From: Sphagnum compactum
Lineage: Eukaryota
Direction: 5' to 3'
DNA length: 64,000 nt
Assembly: GCA_965153455.1 (NCBI GenBank)
Contig: OZ234493.1
Span: forward strand, 27,518,213-27,582,212
Shown here one piece after another: positions 54,193 through 64,000 of this stretch (position 1 is its first letter; each line of letters begins with the position of its first letter). Under the pieces are notes generated by a model. The model did not search any database and had not been told where the DNA came from. It saw only the letters and a program-made list of their open reading frames with translations. A program made the translations under genes and the position numbers.

Positions 54193-56044
54193 GGCAAGCT
54201 GTTGAATGGTGAAAATCTTCACAAAGTGATTCACATCAGAGCAATTAGTAAGTGCTACAGGTGAGAGCATAGATCACTGTGTCAGCCAACCCTCAGTAAC
54301 TAAGAATTGTCTAGGACTCTTCAAATGCCTGCATCATCAAATGGAAATGCACTTTGAGATGTATTTATGTTGTCTGCACATGTAGATGATGCATAGCAGT
54401 TTGCAGAGTTGGTCTAGAGTAACACGAGCTGAAAAATTGGCTCAATTCAAAACTCCTGAACAACTGTGAGGACTGATCATGTGATAGTTATGCATGCCCA
54501 TGATTTGCAATGGAAATCCAGTTGTACTTGTGAAAACAGTCTCCAGAGTGTCATCTTGTTGTGGTATCTGTATGCCTTAGGAATAGATGATTGCTTGTAC
54601 AGGGACAAGCTCAAATAAAAACGAAGCTTTACCCTCACTAGCTTTGTTTGCAGCTTGAATGATGAGACTAGTGACTTGTTGAATAACTTAGGTCTCTTGA
54701 GTAGCTAACATCATGTCTGCAATCTTCCCATCACATCTGGAAATTCAAGGGAAACAACTGAGGATGCAGTTCTTGTATATAATGGTTTGCCTGGAATTGG
54801 AGGCTGGTCATTTTATATACTCATTTCCACGCACTGCCAGAAACTTATGAAGTCACTGCAGGTCATCACTGCTATCCATGATGAAGGTGATAAATCTCAC
54901 ACTTCTGTGTGCAGCACTGCCATATGGTTAGAAATACACACATTGTCATGTTTCTTTGTCATTCTGGCAATTTCTGTGCAGTATTTTGTTAGATTTGGGA
55001 AGATATGGATGGGTGTACAGTTTAACAGGGCAGACTAGATTATTAAAGAGGGAAGAAGAGAGCTACTTACTCTACCAGTTATTGGAATCAATTTAAATAC
55101 TGAAGTGCAAATTCAAGTCTTAAGTAAAACTAAATCTTATCCATTGGTTTTATTGGGTGCCCAAAAATTCATGAAAGGAAAAGAATTACACACAGATCTA
55201 TTTCAAATTAAATCCAATTTCTTTCAAAGCTCCACCTGCATTCAGCCTCATTTAGCCTCTGCAGGGCAGGAGGTCATTCTTTTTCACAAAAAGGAACTGG
55301 CAGGGATATATTCGCCGGCAACCAGCAGTTGCAGTTATCACAAAAATGGCAAAAACCTGTTTTGAACCTCAACAGGGCTTTCAGAAAATCAAACTGGAAA
55401 AAAGTACCTCCCCTATACTACCCATACTTCCTTCCACAAAACACCAACTCTTTGATTTTTTCTCAAAATCCCAATATCCTTTGATTCCAATCTTTTTCAA
55501 AAAAACTAGAACTGGAGGTTGTTCAATTTTGTAGAATGTAAACCAAAACCAGAACCAGAGATTATTAACAAAATCAAATAACCTCACAACCACTCATTCT
55601 GACTTCATGAGAACAACAAAAATGCCCAAGTTCATTGCTGTTCATATAAATTAATTTTGATGGAAAAATGAAACAATATTGTCACACCAGTTGAAAGGCA
55701 AAATCACGGATTCTAAACTTCCACAGAAGCTCGCCTTCAAGGTTTTGAGTTGCTAGCTCTGCCTTTATTACATCTGCACCAACAGCAGGCTGTCCATCCA
55801 CCATGACAGCAAGCATCAACACCAACTGTTCGTCTCTCGGATTGTAAGGCTCCTCTCCCCCTGCATCCCCCATTTCTAACCCCAATTTGCCATTGGAGTC
55901 TTCTTCTCTTGTGCTCATCTTATCTGCAGTTAAGCCAAGTAGTCGTGTGGTATCCATTCCACGTAGAATTGAAATGAGATTGCCATGGCCAACAACTCGC
56001 AGTTCTTCATTTCCCTGTGAACACCAAACACCAACACTGCTCCA

Positions 56045-56320
56045 GATAAACAAACAAACACAAACAGACTGGAAAAAAAAAAGTTCTTAAACATTACAAG
56101 AGAAAGACAGACAGAAGAAAAAAAACCAAATAGAAGAAAGAAAGACACACACAGACTGGAAAAAACAAAAATGTTCTTAAACATTAGAAGAAACAAACAG
56201 ACAGAAGGAAGAAAACCAAATAGAAAAACGAACAAACACCCACAGAGATTGGAAAAAACAAAAATGTTCTTAAATATTAGCAGGAAAAAAAAGACAGAAG
56301 AAGAAAAACCAAACAGAAGA
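56045..56320. repeat. Three ~88-90 bp A-rich tandem units
   Basis: CAGA(C/GAT)TGGAAAAAA...GTTCTTAAA(C/T)ATTA...ACAGAAG.A.A.AAACCAAA repeated three times. Confidence 0.8.
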
Positions 56321-57695
56321 TAACTTGAAACTCTAGATGTGCAACAATCTTCTACTATCTCCGATTTCACTTACAAGGCAACAAGGCAGGGTTTACCATC
56401 AATTCTTCACAGAGAATACATCAAGAAACTGCATTCTGACAGATAGGAGAGATGGCAAGTTCAACCTGGGCAACTGCATCAATGACTGGTGGTGGCACTG
56501 AATCGTCTGATGCATCTGTTGGAGGAGAATGGACATCTGGTGCCAATGAGGGATTAAGGAGGAAGCTTCGTGGCACATATTCAGCAATCCATTCTTGACT
56601 TGTGTAAGGAGGAGGCTCATCTGTGGCTTCGGATGAAGGGCGTGCGTGGTAGCTGAAGCCACTGGCAGATCCTCTTGGCAGAGTGCGTACTGTTTCTTGA
56701 ACTAGAACACATCCAGGCCCATACCTACAAAAGTTCCCCATCCCTTCTTCCCCTTAGCCCTTGTCCTCTTTGAAAAAGCAGCAGCAATGCATCCTTCCCG
56801 CACATGGCAACTGGCTTTCACAGAGTTCAGGAAACAGATTTCGCACCTAATTTCATTTTCTTCTGTTTCTGGAAAGACGAGAGTTGCAGTGGTGCTCGAA
56901 ACTCACTTCTCAAATCCCTTCTTCCCAAGGTTGCGCAACGATGCGGCTCGTTCCAAATCGTCACAGCATTTATCAAAAGCGTCATCCCAAACAAGCATGA
57001 GCTGGTCGAAGCTCCATCCTTTCCCTCTCCCTCCGTACCCATCCCCTCCTCCTACTCTCTTCTTCTCCTTCGCTTTCTTCTTCTTCTCCCTCTTCACAGC
57101 CCACGTCCTGACTGGCCTCCACGCCTCCTCCCGGGGACTCCTCCCACAGCTGCAATTCTCCAACCATAATCCCACTGAAGTGCTGCCTTGTAAGACATAC
57201 CCAGAAGCGAGTTCCTGCCTTCTACATGGCTGCAACGCAGGCAATCCTGCAACCACCATCGCCATGTTGCATCCTTCGCAGGTACTGTGCACAACACCCA
57301 ACCATGTGGTTGACAGCACCTTGCTTGCAACAGCTAAACCCTCATTCCAAAACCCTAAACCTAACCCTACATGTTGTTGCTCCAAATCCTCCCCCAGGAC
57401 CTGGGAAGCCCCTAGGTTTAGATTTGGGGTCAAGGGTTTTAAGAGCCACTAGGATTAGGGTTAGTCGGATAGTTGAGAATAAGACCCACTCCAGACACAT
57501 ACGAAACCCTAAACCTGGCTTGGGGCTTCCAAATCCTTTGGACCAACAGAGAGAATCTTTCTTTCCCCTAGGGACGCGGAGTCCCCTAGGCTTAAGGGTT
57601 TTCACTGTTCAGAGAGCCAGTAGGATTAGAGTAGTTTAAAGCTTTGCGACGAGTAGTTGGGTCTCCTAGAAATTTTGGTGGTCACGATACTAAAG

Positions 57696-57795
57696 ATGTG
57701 GCTGAGAGCCTTTCTTTACAGCCCAAGCACAACGACGCAATTATCAGGGGCGCGCTCTACCACTGAGTTAATAGCCCATTGTGCAGGCCTCCCCA
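57696..57795 (-). pseudogene. trnI-GAU: NUPT: plastid trnI-GAU exon 1 plus the start of its group II intron
   Basis: The reverse complement of 57741-57777 is GGGCTATTAACTCAGTGGTAGAGCGCGCCCCTGATAA, followed by intron sequence TTGCGTCGTTGTGCTTGGGCTG...CTCAGCCACAT. No exon 2. Confidence 0.9.
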
Positions 57796-57937
57796 GTTGT
57801 GAGACCTGCAGCAGTACCAAGGGGGAAGGAACACCCGTCCTTAACCTCTTATATTAGGAGTCACAATAGGAGTATTAGAAATATTTGAACTTTATGGTTC
57901 AGCCCCCATGGGTTCTGTAGTGGGTGAGAAATTTACA

Positions 57938-58029
57938 GAGGGTGAGTCAGGGCCTAAGATCAGGCCGAAAGGCATAGCTGACAGACAACAGGTGAATATT
58001 CCTGTACCACCCCCTTGTTGGTCCTGAGA
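57938..58029 (+). pseudogene. rrn23: NUPT: plastid 23S rRNA fragment
   Basis: GAGGGTGAGTCAGGGCCTAAGATCAGGCCGAAAGGC...ACAACAGGTGAATATTCCTGTAC matches plastid rrn23 as I recall it, with substitutions. Confidence 0.85.
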
Positions 58030-58185
58030 CTCCTACTTATTAATAGGTTTTTGGTTCACCCGACCGAAATTATCCCCTCTATTCTGTGAATGGAAAGTTC
58101 TGATAAATAACTCTTCGATAAAGCTCCTTGTTGAATGGCTTGTTCTCCCCGGTTGGATTGGTTGGCCCTTATGTAAAGATTATAT

Positions 58186-58210
58186 CCCCTAGCTTTCGTC
58201 TCTCAGTGTG
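58186..58210 (-). pseudogene. rrn16: NUPT: very short plastid 16S rRNA fragment
   Basis: Reverse complement ACACTGAGAGACGAAAGCTAGGGG is a conserved plastid 16S segment. Confidence 0.55.
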
Positions 58211-58338
58211 AGATCCCAACCATATCCACAACGAAGAAAAGATGACGACGGCAGCATTGTCATCAAATTGCACACTTTTGGTATTCCTAAAGAAATGCAA
58301 CAATCGAATCGTTTTTGCCATAAGTACAGGGTATTTCC

Positions 58339-58484
58339 GTAAAAGCAGGGGGACCACCCGCAGGAGCTGGATGTGGGGGATATGTCGTGGGAGAAACCGT
58401 TAAATTATTGAAAGAACTAAATGCCTTTTATAAATATGATATTATTTTATTTGATGTATTAGGTGACCTAGTCTATGGGGGTTT
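58339..58484 (+). pseudogene. chlL: NUPT: plastid chlL fragment (dark-operative protochlorophyllide reductase Fe-protein)
   Basis: Translates to [48 protein letters not shown], the ChlL signature with a few substitutions. Truncated at both ends. Confidence 0.92.
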
Positions 58485-59892
58485 GGGAGTTTCGCCCGTC
58501 CATCAAATTTCCATCCTGTACATAAGGCATATGCCTCGTGTATGTTGCGTCAATTACCTCTGCAGTATTTTTATAGAAGACTTCTATAGAAGATTTTATG
58601 TAGACCTAATCCAATGTGTACACTAAACCCTAAACCTGTGGGGTTCTAAATCCTTTATTCTGCAGAGAGGATTAAGGGTGCAAAAGTGGCGGGTGGAGAA
58701 ACCCTGAAATCAATGGAGTTTCCATGAGCTGTAGCTTTGTGGTGAACATGGGGAGTTTGATGGGGTCTTCTTGATCTATAGCGTTTGGACATTGTGTGAT
58801 ATGTCTTTCTGCTGAAATACAAAGGTTGCAATATGGTCAAGGATTATCTCTTCATGAATTCAATCCAGCAACATGGCATCATGCAATTCATGGTCTTGGA
58901 AATGAGCAGCTTGTAGAAGCTGCTGCAGGCAAAACCTTTACTTTAAATTGATGAATTGCCACAGGACGCAATAATGCACAACTCTGCAATGTACATCACC
59001 CCATGAGATCCACAGTGATGAGATAATAGAGTTTGTGATCAATTTTTGCTTCTGCTGCACTTCCATCTTGTAGTAGTGCTGATAAAATCTGTGAATGTCA
59101 TTGACAGCTTTGCTTCCCCTGGAGAAATTGGATCCTGGTGGATAAAACGTGAGAAAAGAGGTATAGCAAATGGAAGAGGAGGGATTCTTGGAAGTCTGGG
59201 ACAAACACCGGGACTCTCTTAATTGGAAAAAAGGATCATTGGTAACTCCAGAAAACAAAGCAAAGCTGAAACAATACAACCCAACAAGAGTTTGGCAAAG
59301 CAAATCTGAAACAATACAACCACACGAGAATGACATGAGCCGCAATTTCAATTCATTCTCCTAACATCAGAATAGTCTCCTGAAGTGAACGAAATGAGGC
59401 CTGCAGAGGATGCCCATATGTATGTCCAAGAATCTTTTGCTAGCTATGTCCATGACATAGTTAAGGAAGTGGCTCAGAGCTAGTTGAGTACCTCTTGCGA
59501 ACTCACTCTCAAACTTTGCAACGGCCATGGGCAGCTTTGGTGTAAGACAAATCCAGCAGGGCATCAACATCCTTCATCATCTTCAATTCCGACTGAGAGT
59601 CATCAAAAAATGTGCAAACAGCAGGAGAGGAATGGTTCGAGATATAACCGACCCTCAGAGATTGTGACATCAGAGCCTTAAACCCTAAATCCAAAAAACA
59701 TGTTCCTCCATGCACATGGGAAAACAGAACACATCATTGGAAGCCCCAATTCTACGGCCTCCAAGTAAGGAATTATGGTGACTGGATGTAGAGGATCCGA
59801 CACACTCCTCTTCCGATTTTCGGAAAACAGGTAGAAAGCCCACAGCCTTGTATACATACTCTGAACCTGCTAAAACCTCCATACCGAGAAGC

Positions 59893-60225
59893 TTACTTCT
59901 TCTTCTCCCCACCTCCAGTGGCACGCATCTTGCGTAGGACGGTCGTCATCTCCTCTCTCTTGCGCTTGGCCCGCAAGTGAGTGCCCAGTTTCTTCTTGGC
60001 CACCTTAAGCGCACGCTTGTCCTTGCCGACCTTAAGAAGCTCGGTGATCCTCTTCTCGTAAGGGGCGAATCCGACAACCTCCCTGATGAGTTTGCGCACG
60101 AGCGATGTGCGCTTGCCCAGTTGACCCTTGTTAGCCGATGGCCTCTTAGCCATCTCCCGCTTCGTCACTGCATGGCCCTTGTGCAGGCCGACGGCAATGC
60201 CGCTGCCCATTGCAGCCGCTACCAT
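59893..60225 (-). CDS. RPL36: 60S ribosomal protein L36 (eL36)
   Basis: [10 protein letters not shown]...[48 protein letters not shown]. The ATG at 60225 is preceded by a ttttgtag acceptor, suggesting a 5'UTR intron. Confidence 0.97.
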   Translation of the reverse strand: MVAAAMGSGIAVGLHKGHAVTKREMAKRPSANKGQLGKRTSLVRKLIREVVGFAPYEKRITELLKVGKDKRALKVAKKKLGTHLRAKRKREEMTTVLRKMRATGGGEKKK

Positions 60226-60692
60226 CCTACAAAAACTCCTTTTCCTCCCGTTCTCTTGCCACTCCTGCGACAACTATGGCAACAATATGGCAACAAGGAG
60301 CTTTTGTAAGCTGCAACAACGCAATTGCTGCAAACACGTCCACTTTCTCTTCTCTCTGGCGGCTCCTCTACGCTGCACACATCTCCGGCAGTCGGACCGC
60401 GGGCAGCTACAGCGGTCAGGGCACCCAGTCACGAAACTCAGCCGTCAGATCATGTCTAGTGAATATCCAACCGTAGGAGAAAAGACTAGAGAATCGAGTC
60501 GTGAGATCCTTAAGAATATATTTCAGCCGTAGGATAAATCTAGGCTGAATGAGATCCGTGCGATGCATCCCGGATTAGGGTTAGGGCTAGGTTTATACAC
60601 TGGTGTGTCTTCGTTCACTAGCACTTGTTTGTGAGAGTAGTGCGGGTGACAGAGGAAAGGGTGAGATAGAGAGAGCGAGAGAGAGAGTAGCG
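60226..60692. promoter_or_regulatory. Bidirectional promoter region shared by RPL36 and RPS19
   Basis: Divergent ATGs 468 bp apart; telo-box-like TTAGGGTTAGGGCTAGGTTT at 60575-60594. Confidence 0.7.
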
Positions 60693-62035
60693 ATGTCGGG
60701 GACCGCCAAGACAGTGAAGGATGTGCCGTCGCACGACTTTGTACGCGCCTATGCTGCACACTTGAAGCGGTCTGGAAAGGTCAGTTATTCAAACTCTTGG
60801 AATTGAAACCGGTCTCATGCAAAGATGAGAGAGAATTTTTTGGAAGCTTTAAGATAGTTTTTTTGTGAAGTAGACGTTGAGATTCCAAAAGAGAATCTTA
60901 ATGTATTACGAACACAGGGAATGATGGATGTGTTTTGGGATTCTACTGTGTATGTGCCTCGCGAGATGCTACATCTTTCAGAAAGTAGCACGAGAAAATG
61001 TTCGGTGGTCGTCATGTCTGATTTGTTTAGAGACGGAGAAGCCAAATGCCCGCGACGAGAGACGTAATGGACGGCGGGGCGGGTGTTAATGACAGCACAA
61101 GAGCGGTGTTTAGTAGCAGTTGATTCAGAAGAGATTGGCATTTCCAATGTTCCTCTCTGCTGGGCAATTTCAGTATTTTAGCTTGATCTTCGGTAGTGAG
61201 CATGATTCCGGGATGGAGCAGTGAGCATTCTTATGGATGTCTCTGTGTTTGTATGTCGGCTGTGTAGATTGAGGTTCCAGCATGGTCCGATCTTGTCAAA
61301 ACAGCAACTTTCAAAGAGCTGGCTCCTTATGATGGCGATTGGTACTACATCAGAGCTGGTATGATGCCAGATATAGCTCTTTGCTTATATGCTTATGCCA
61401 GTGTTTCTGCTAAATTTCCCCCCCTACCTGTGAATCGGCAATGCGGTGAGTTGCTTTTGGAAACTTGTAAAGTAGGTTTTCTGGGATGGAGATGGTATTA
61501 GTCATTTGATATGTAATTAAATACAGTTTGATAGAAGATCTGACAGTGTTTGTCATATGGTTGGTGTATTTCAAGCTTCTATGGCAAGGAAAATCTACTT
61601 GAGGCAAGGAATTGGAGTGGGTGCATTCCGTAAGATCTATGGTGGACGCAAGAGTAATGGTGTAAGACCTTCTCATTTTGCAAAGAGTAGTGGTTCCATT
61701 GCCAGAGACTGTCTCAAGCAGTTGGAGAGACTGGACATTGTTGAGAAGGATCCCAAGGGGTAAGTGCTTTTTCCAATGACTGATAACATGTGCTAATTAC
61801 TTTCTATGAGTTCATTGGGCACTGCTTGTCTACAAGCAAGGTAATGCTTTTTGTGGGCTGATAAAGGGTAAGTTTATCTGCTACGCACTTCTTTGTCCAG
61901 AGAGTAGTTGTAAATTACTTTTAGAACCGAACTTTGATATGATTATGCTCCATGGACAGAGGAAGGCGTATCACCTCCAATGGCCAGCGGGATTTGGACC
62001 AGGTTGCAGGGCGTATTACTGTTGCTGCACCATAA
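60693..62035 (+). CDS. RPS19: 40S ribosomal protein S19 (eS19), 4 exons
   Basis: Exons 60693-60779, 61268-61358, 61576-61759, 61960-62035. [23 protein letters not shown]...[17 protein letters not shown]...[10 protein letters not shown]. Confidence 0.97.
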
Positions 62036-63281
62036 TGCTTTTTTGATATGTAATCAGCAGATGGTTGCCAATTTCTGAGATTTTAGATACATAGACTGCT
62101 TGAGCAGTTTTGTTGGTATTTGATGCAACACAACAGAGGTTGCATAAGTGGATGTAGCCTCTCTTTCATCAATTTTTTTGTTTTGGGACCTCCTGAATGA
62201 CCTTATGTTGATTTGTTTGGTATATGTTGGATTTAGTTGTTCTGAATTAGAACTATACCAGAAAGTCAGGATGTTCCAATAGCCCACAATTGGGCAGCAG
62301 TGGTTCAGTTCTCATCTCAAGATCAAATACACAGCTCGGGGTCTATAAGAGGTGTCCGGTTGTTGAATTCGATTATGGTTTTGAAATATACATATTGAAA
62401 AGTCAAATGTGTGTCATTTGATGAGTACCTAAAATGAATGTTCTTTATCATAGTGCATACTTCCTTCATGCAAATAGGATTTATTATCTTTTAGCTTAAT
62501 GGCAATTGTCAAACATTTAAAGTCTCTGGTATGACTGGAGATGTTAGCTCATAATTCAAAGTCCATAGTGTACAGAATTCAGCCCAATTCTGTCTTAAGA
62601 AGTCTCTGGGTTCTACTGTGTACCTTCAAAACTCCAATGAATTGTTTCCCTCGTGCCAATCTTCTTCAAGAAGTCTGCAACTGGCACATATCTTTCGATC
62701 ACAGATATGTTGATCAGTTCACATAAAGCTTCCACCAGCAAGATGGCACACAAACCTGTAATGACTCTGGATTCTCAACATGAAAGAAACTTGCATTTCA
62801 CCAGGACCCTTGGAAAAACTAATTTCCACAAAGCTGGTTATAAGCTGATGAGTGCCTGCAACCAATTCTACTTTTTTTATGAGAAGCATCACATCCAGAG
62901 ATATCATATCTTAACCTGCTGTCAGAAATATGTCTATTCTAACAACCAGGAAATGACAATAGCCAGAGACAATGAAAATGACACAGTTGAACCTCTAGCT
63001 ACCTCAAACTGAATCTCTCCTCCATATCAAGAACAGAAGCATGAAAAACTAGGTTCTCCAGCAGTTCCTCCATAAAGTGGAGAAAGCCTTGAGCCAGAAG
63101 TTGATGTGCCTTTGCCATCAAAAACTAGAACAATAGACAAGCTAAGCTTGTTCTACATATCAATAGTGGAAAGTTCTTCAAAGTCTGACTTGCAAAACTT
63201 GCACATCATTAAAAATGTGGATTCTGTAAAATTGGTGTCATGGACAGGGTTTGGGCCACTGCAGCAAGGGACTCCATCAGA

Positions 63282-63843
63282 CTATGCCAAAGTCTTCCCC
63301 TGCTGTCTAGGCTTGGGCTTAGCAGCCATCTGCCGCTTTAGCTGGCATGTCGACACATACAAGCATGAAAATATGTAGTTAGTTGATGTATACCTCTGAA
63401 GACTCGCTATCCAACTGAAACATAAGAAATATTCAAGAAGCCAGACTTGGTTATGGTTGAAGTGCCAGTTAAAAACACAAGTGTGATTATGCAGCTTTGC
63501 TTCATCATATCAATAACAGATTTCAGCTTACTCTAAATAACAGATGCACCAATAAATTGGATTGAATACATTTGCAGAACATTTTCCTAAACCTGGACAG
63601 CAATCTCATCATGATTATAATCAGTGAAGTTAGGTCTCTTCAATTCTCTACTAGTGAGTTTTGAAGTTACCCGTTCAGCATTGAATAAGTCATCTGCAAG
63701 GTTTTCAGCATCCTTACGCTTCCGCTCTTCTCTCATGAACTCTTCAACTTCACGACCAAAGTCAGCTTCTCTGCAGTGTTCCAATTTGTTAGAGTTATCC
63801 TTTTGCTCAGAACCCAAACCACTACTTTAATGGATCCCTTACC
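63282..63843 (-). CDS. 3' exons of an unidentified gene or pseudogene entering from the right edge
   Basis: Charged, coiled-coil-like exon ~63843-63591 bounded by tacag|...CAG|gt, a 21-nt exon ~63415-63395 (LDSESSE), and a putative last exon LKRQMAAKPKPRQQGKTLA* ending at 63282. No family recognised. Confidence 0.4.
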
Positions 63844-64000
63844 CTGTAGATAAGAGAAATGAAAGCAACTTCATAACTGGAACTTATTTCACTCAACCAT
63901 CTCCAATTGTCACTTATTCCAAACCTGGGTAGTTTTATACATTGCAATATATGCCAACAATGTGATGGCAATAAGTAAAAATCTCAACTTCTTACCTACT

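Noticed and set aside
57741..57777. Functional tRNA-Ile
   Set aside because: Only the 5' exon is present, with a D-stem mutation and a truncated intron; it is a NUPT.
58900..59700. Short ORFs between the NUPT mosaic and RPL36
   Set aside because: No recognisable homology or reliable splice structure.
60780..61959. Intronic snoRNAs in RPS19
   Set aside because: No canonical RTGATGA...CTGA pair with a terminal stem could be identified.
63347..63356. Perfect ZDRE ATGTCGACAC
   Set aside because: Single copy at a putative intron acceptor region, not upstream of any metal-related gene; probably chance.

Overview
Eukaryotic nuclear DNA from a land plant. It is most likely a bryophyte such as Sphagnum; this is an inference from the AT-rich, repeat-filled intergenic DNA, the gene style and a plastid chlL fragment. 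Intact genes: a ZIP4/IRT3-type zinc transporter (+) convergent with a PAP27/NPP-type purple acid phosphatase (-), an intronless cold-shock/zinc-knuckle protein, peroxisomal hydroxypyruvate reductase HPR1 (first intron GC-AG, C-terminal SKL), and head-to-head RPL36 and RPS19. The 3' part of an unidentified gene lies at the right edge. Decayed or accessory material: an intron-containing pseudogene of a bacterial-type acetolactate synthase, a ~0.8 kb patchwork of plastid fragments (trnI-GAU, rrn23, rrn16, rpl14-like, chlL), a hAT transposase remnant, MITEs, dispersed repeat families and tandem arrays. The best leads are the ZIP/PAP pair with ZDRE-like and P1BS motifs, the ALS pseudogene and the plastid mosaic. 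I found no unambiguous novel system. Exon coordinates were read by eye.
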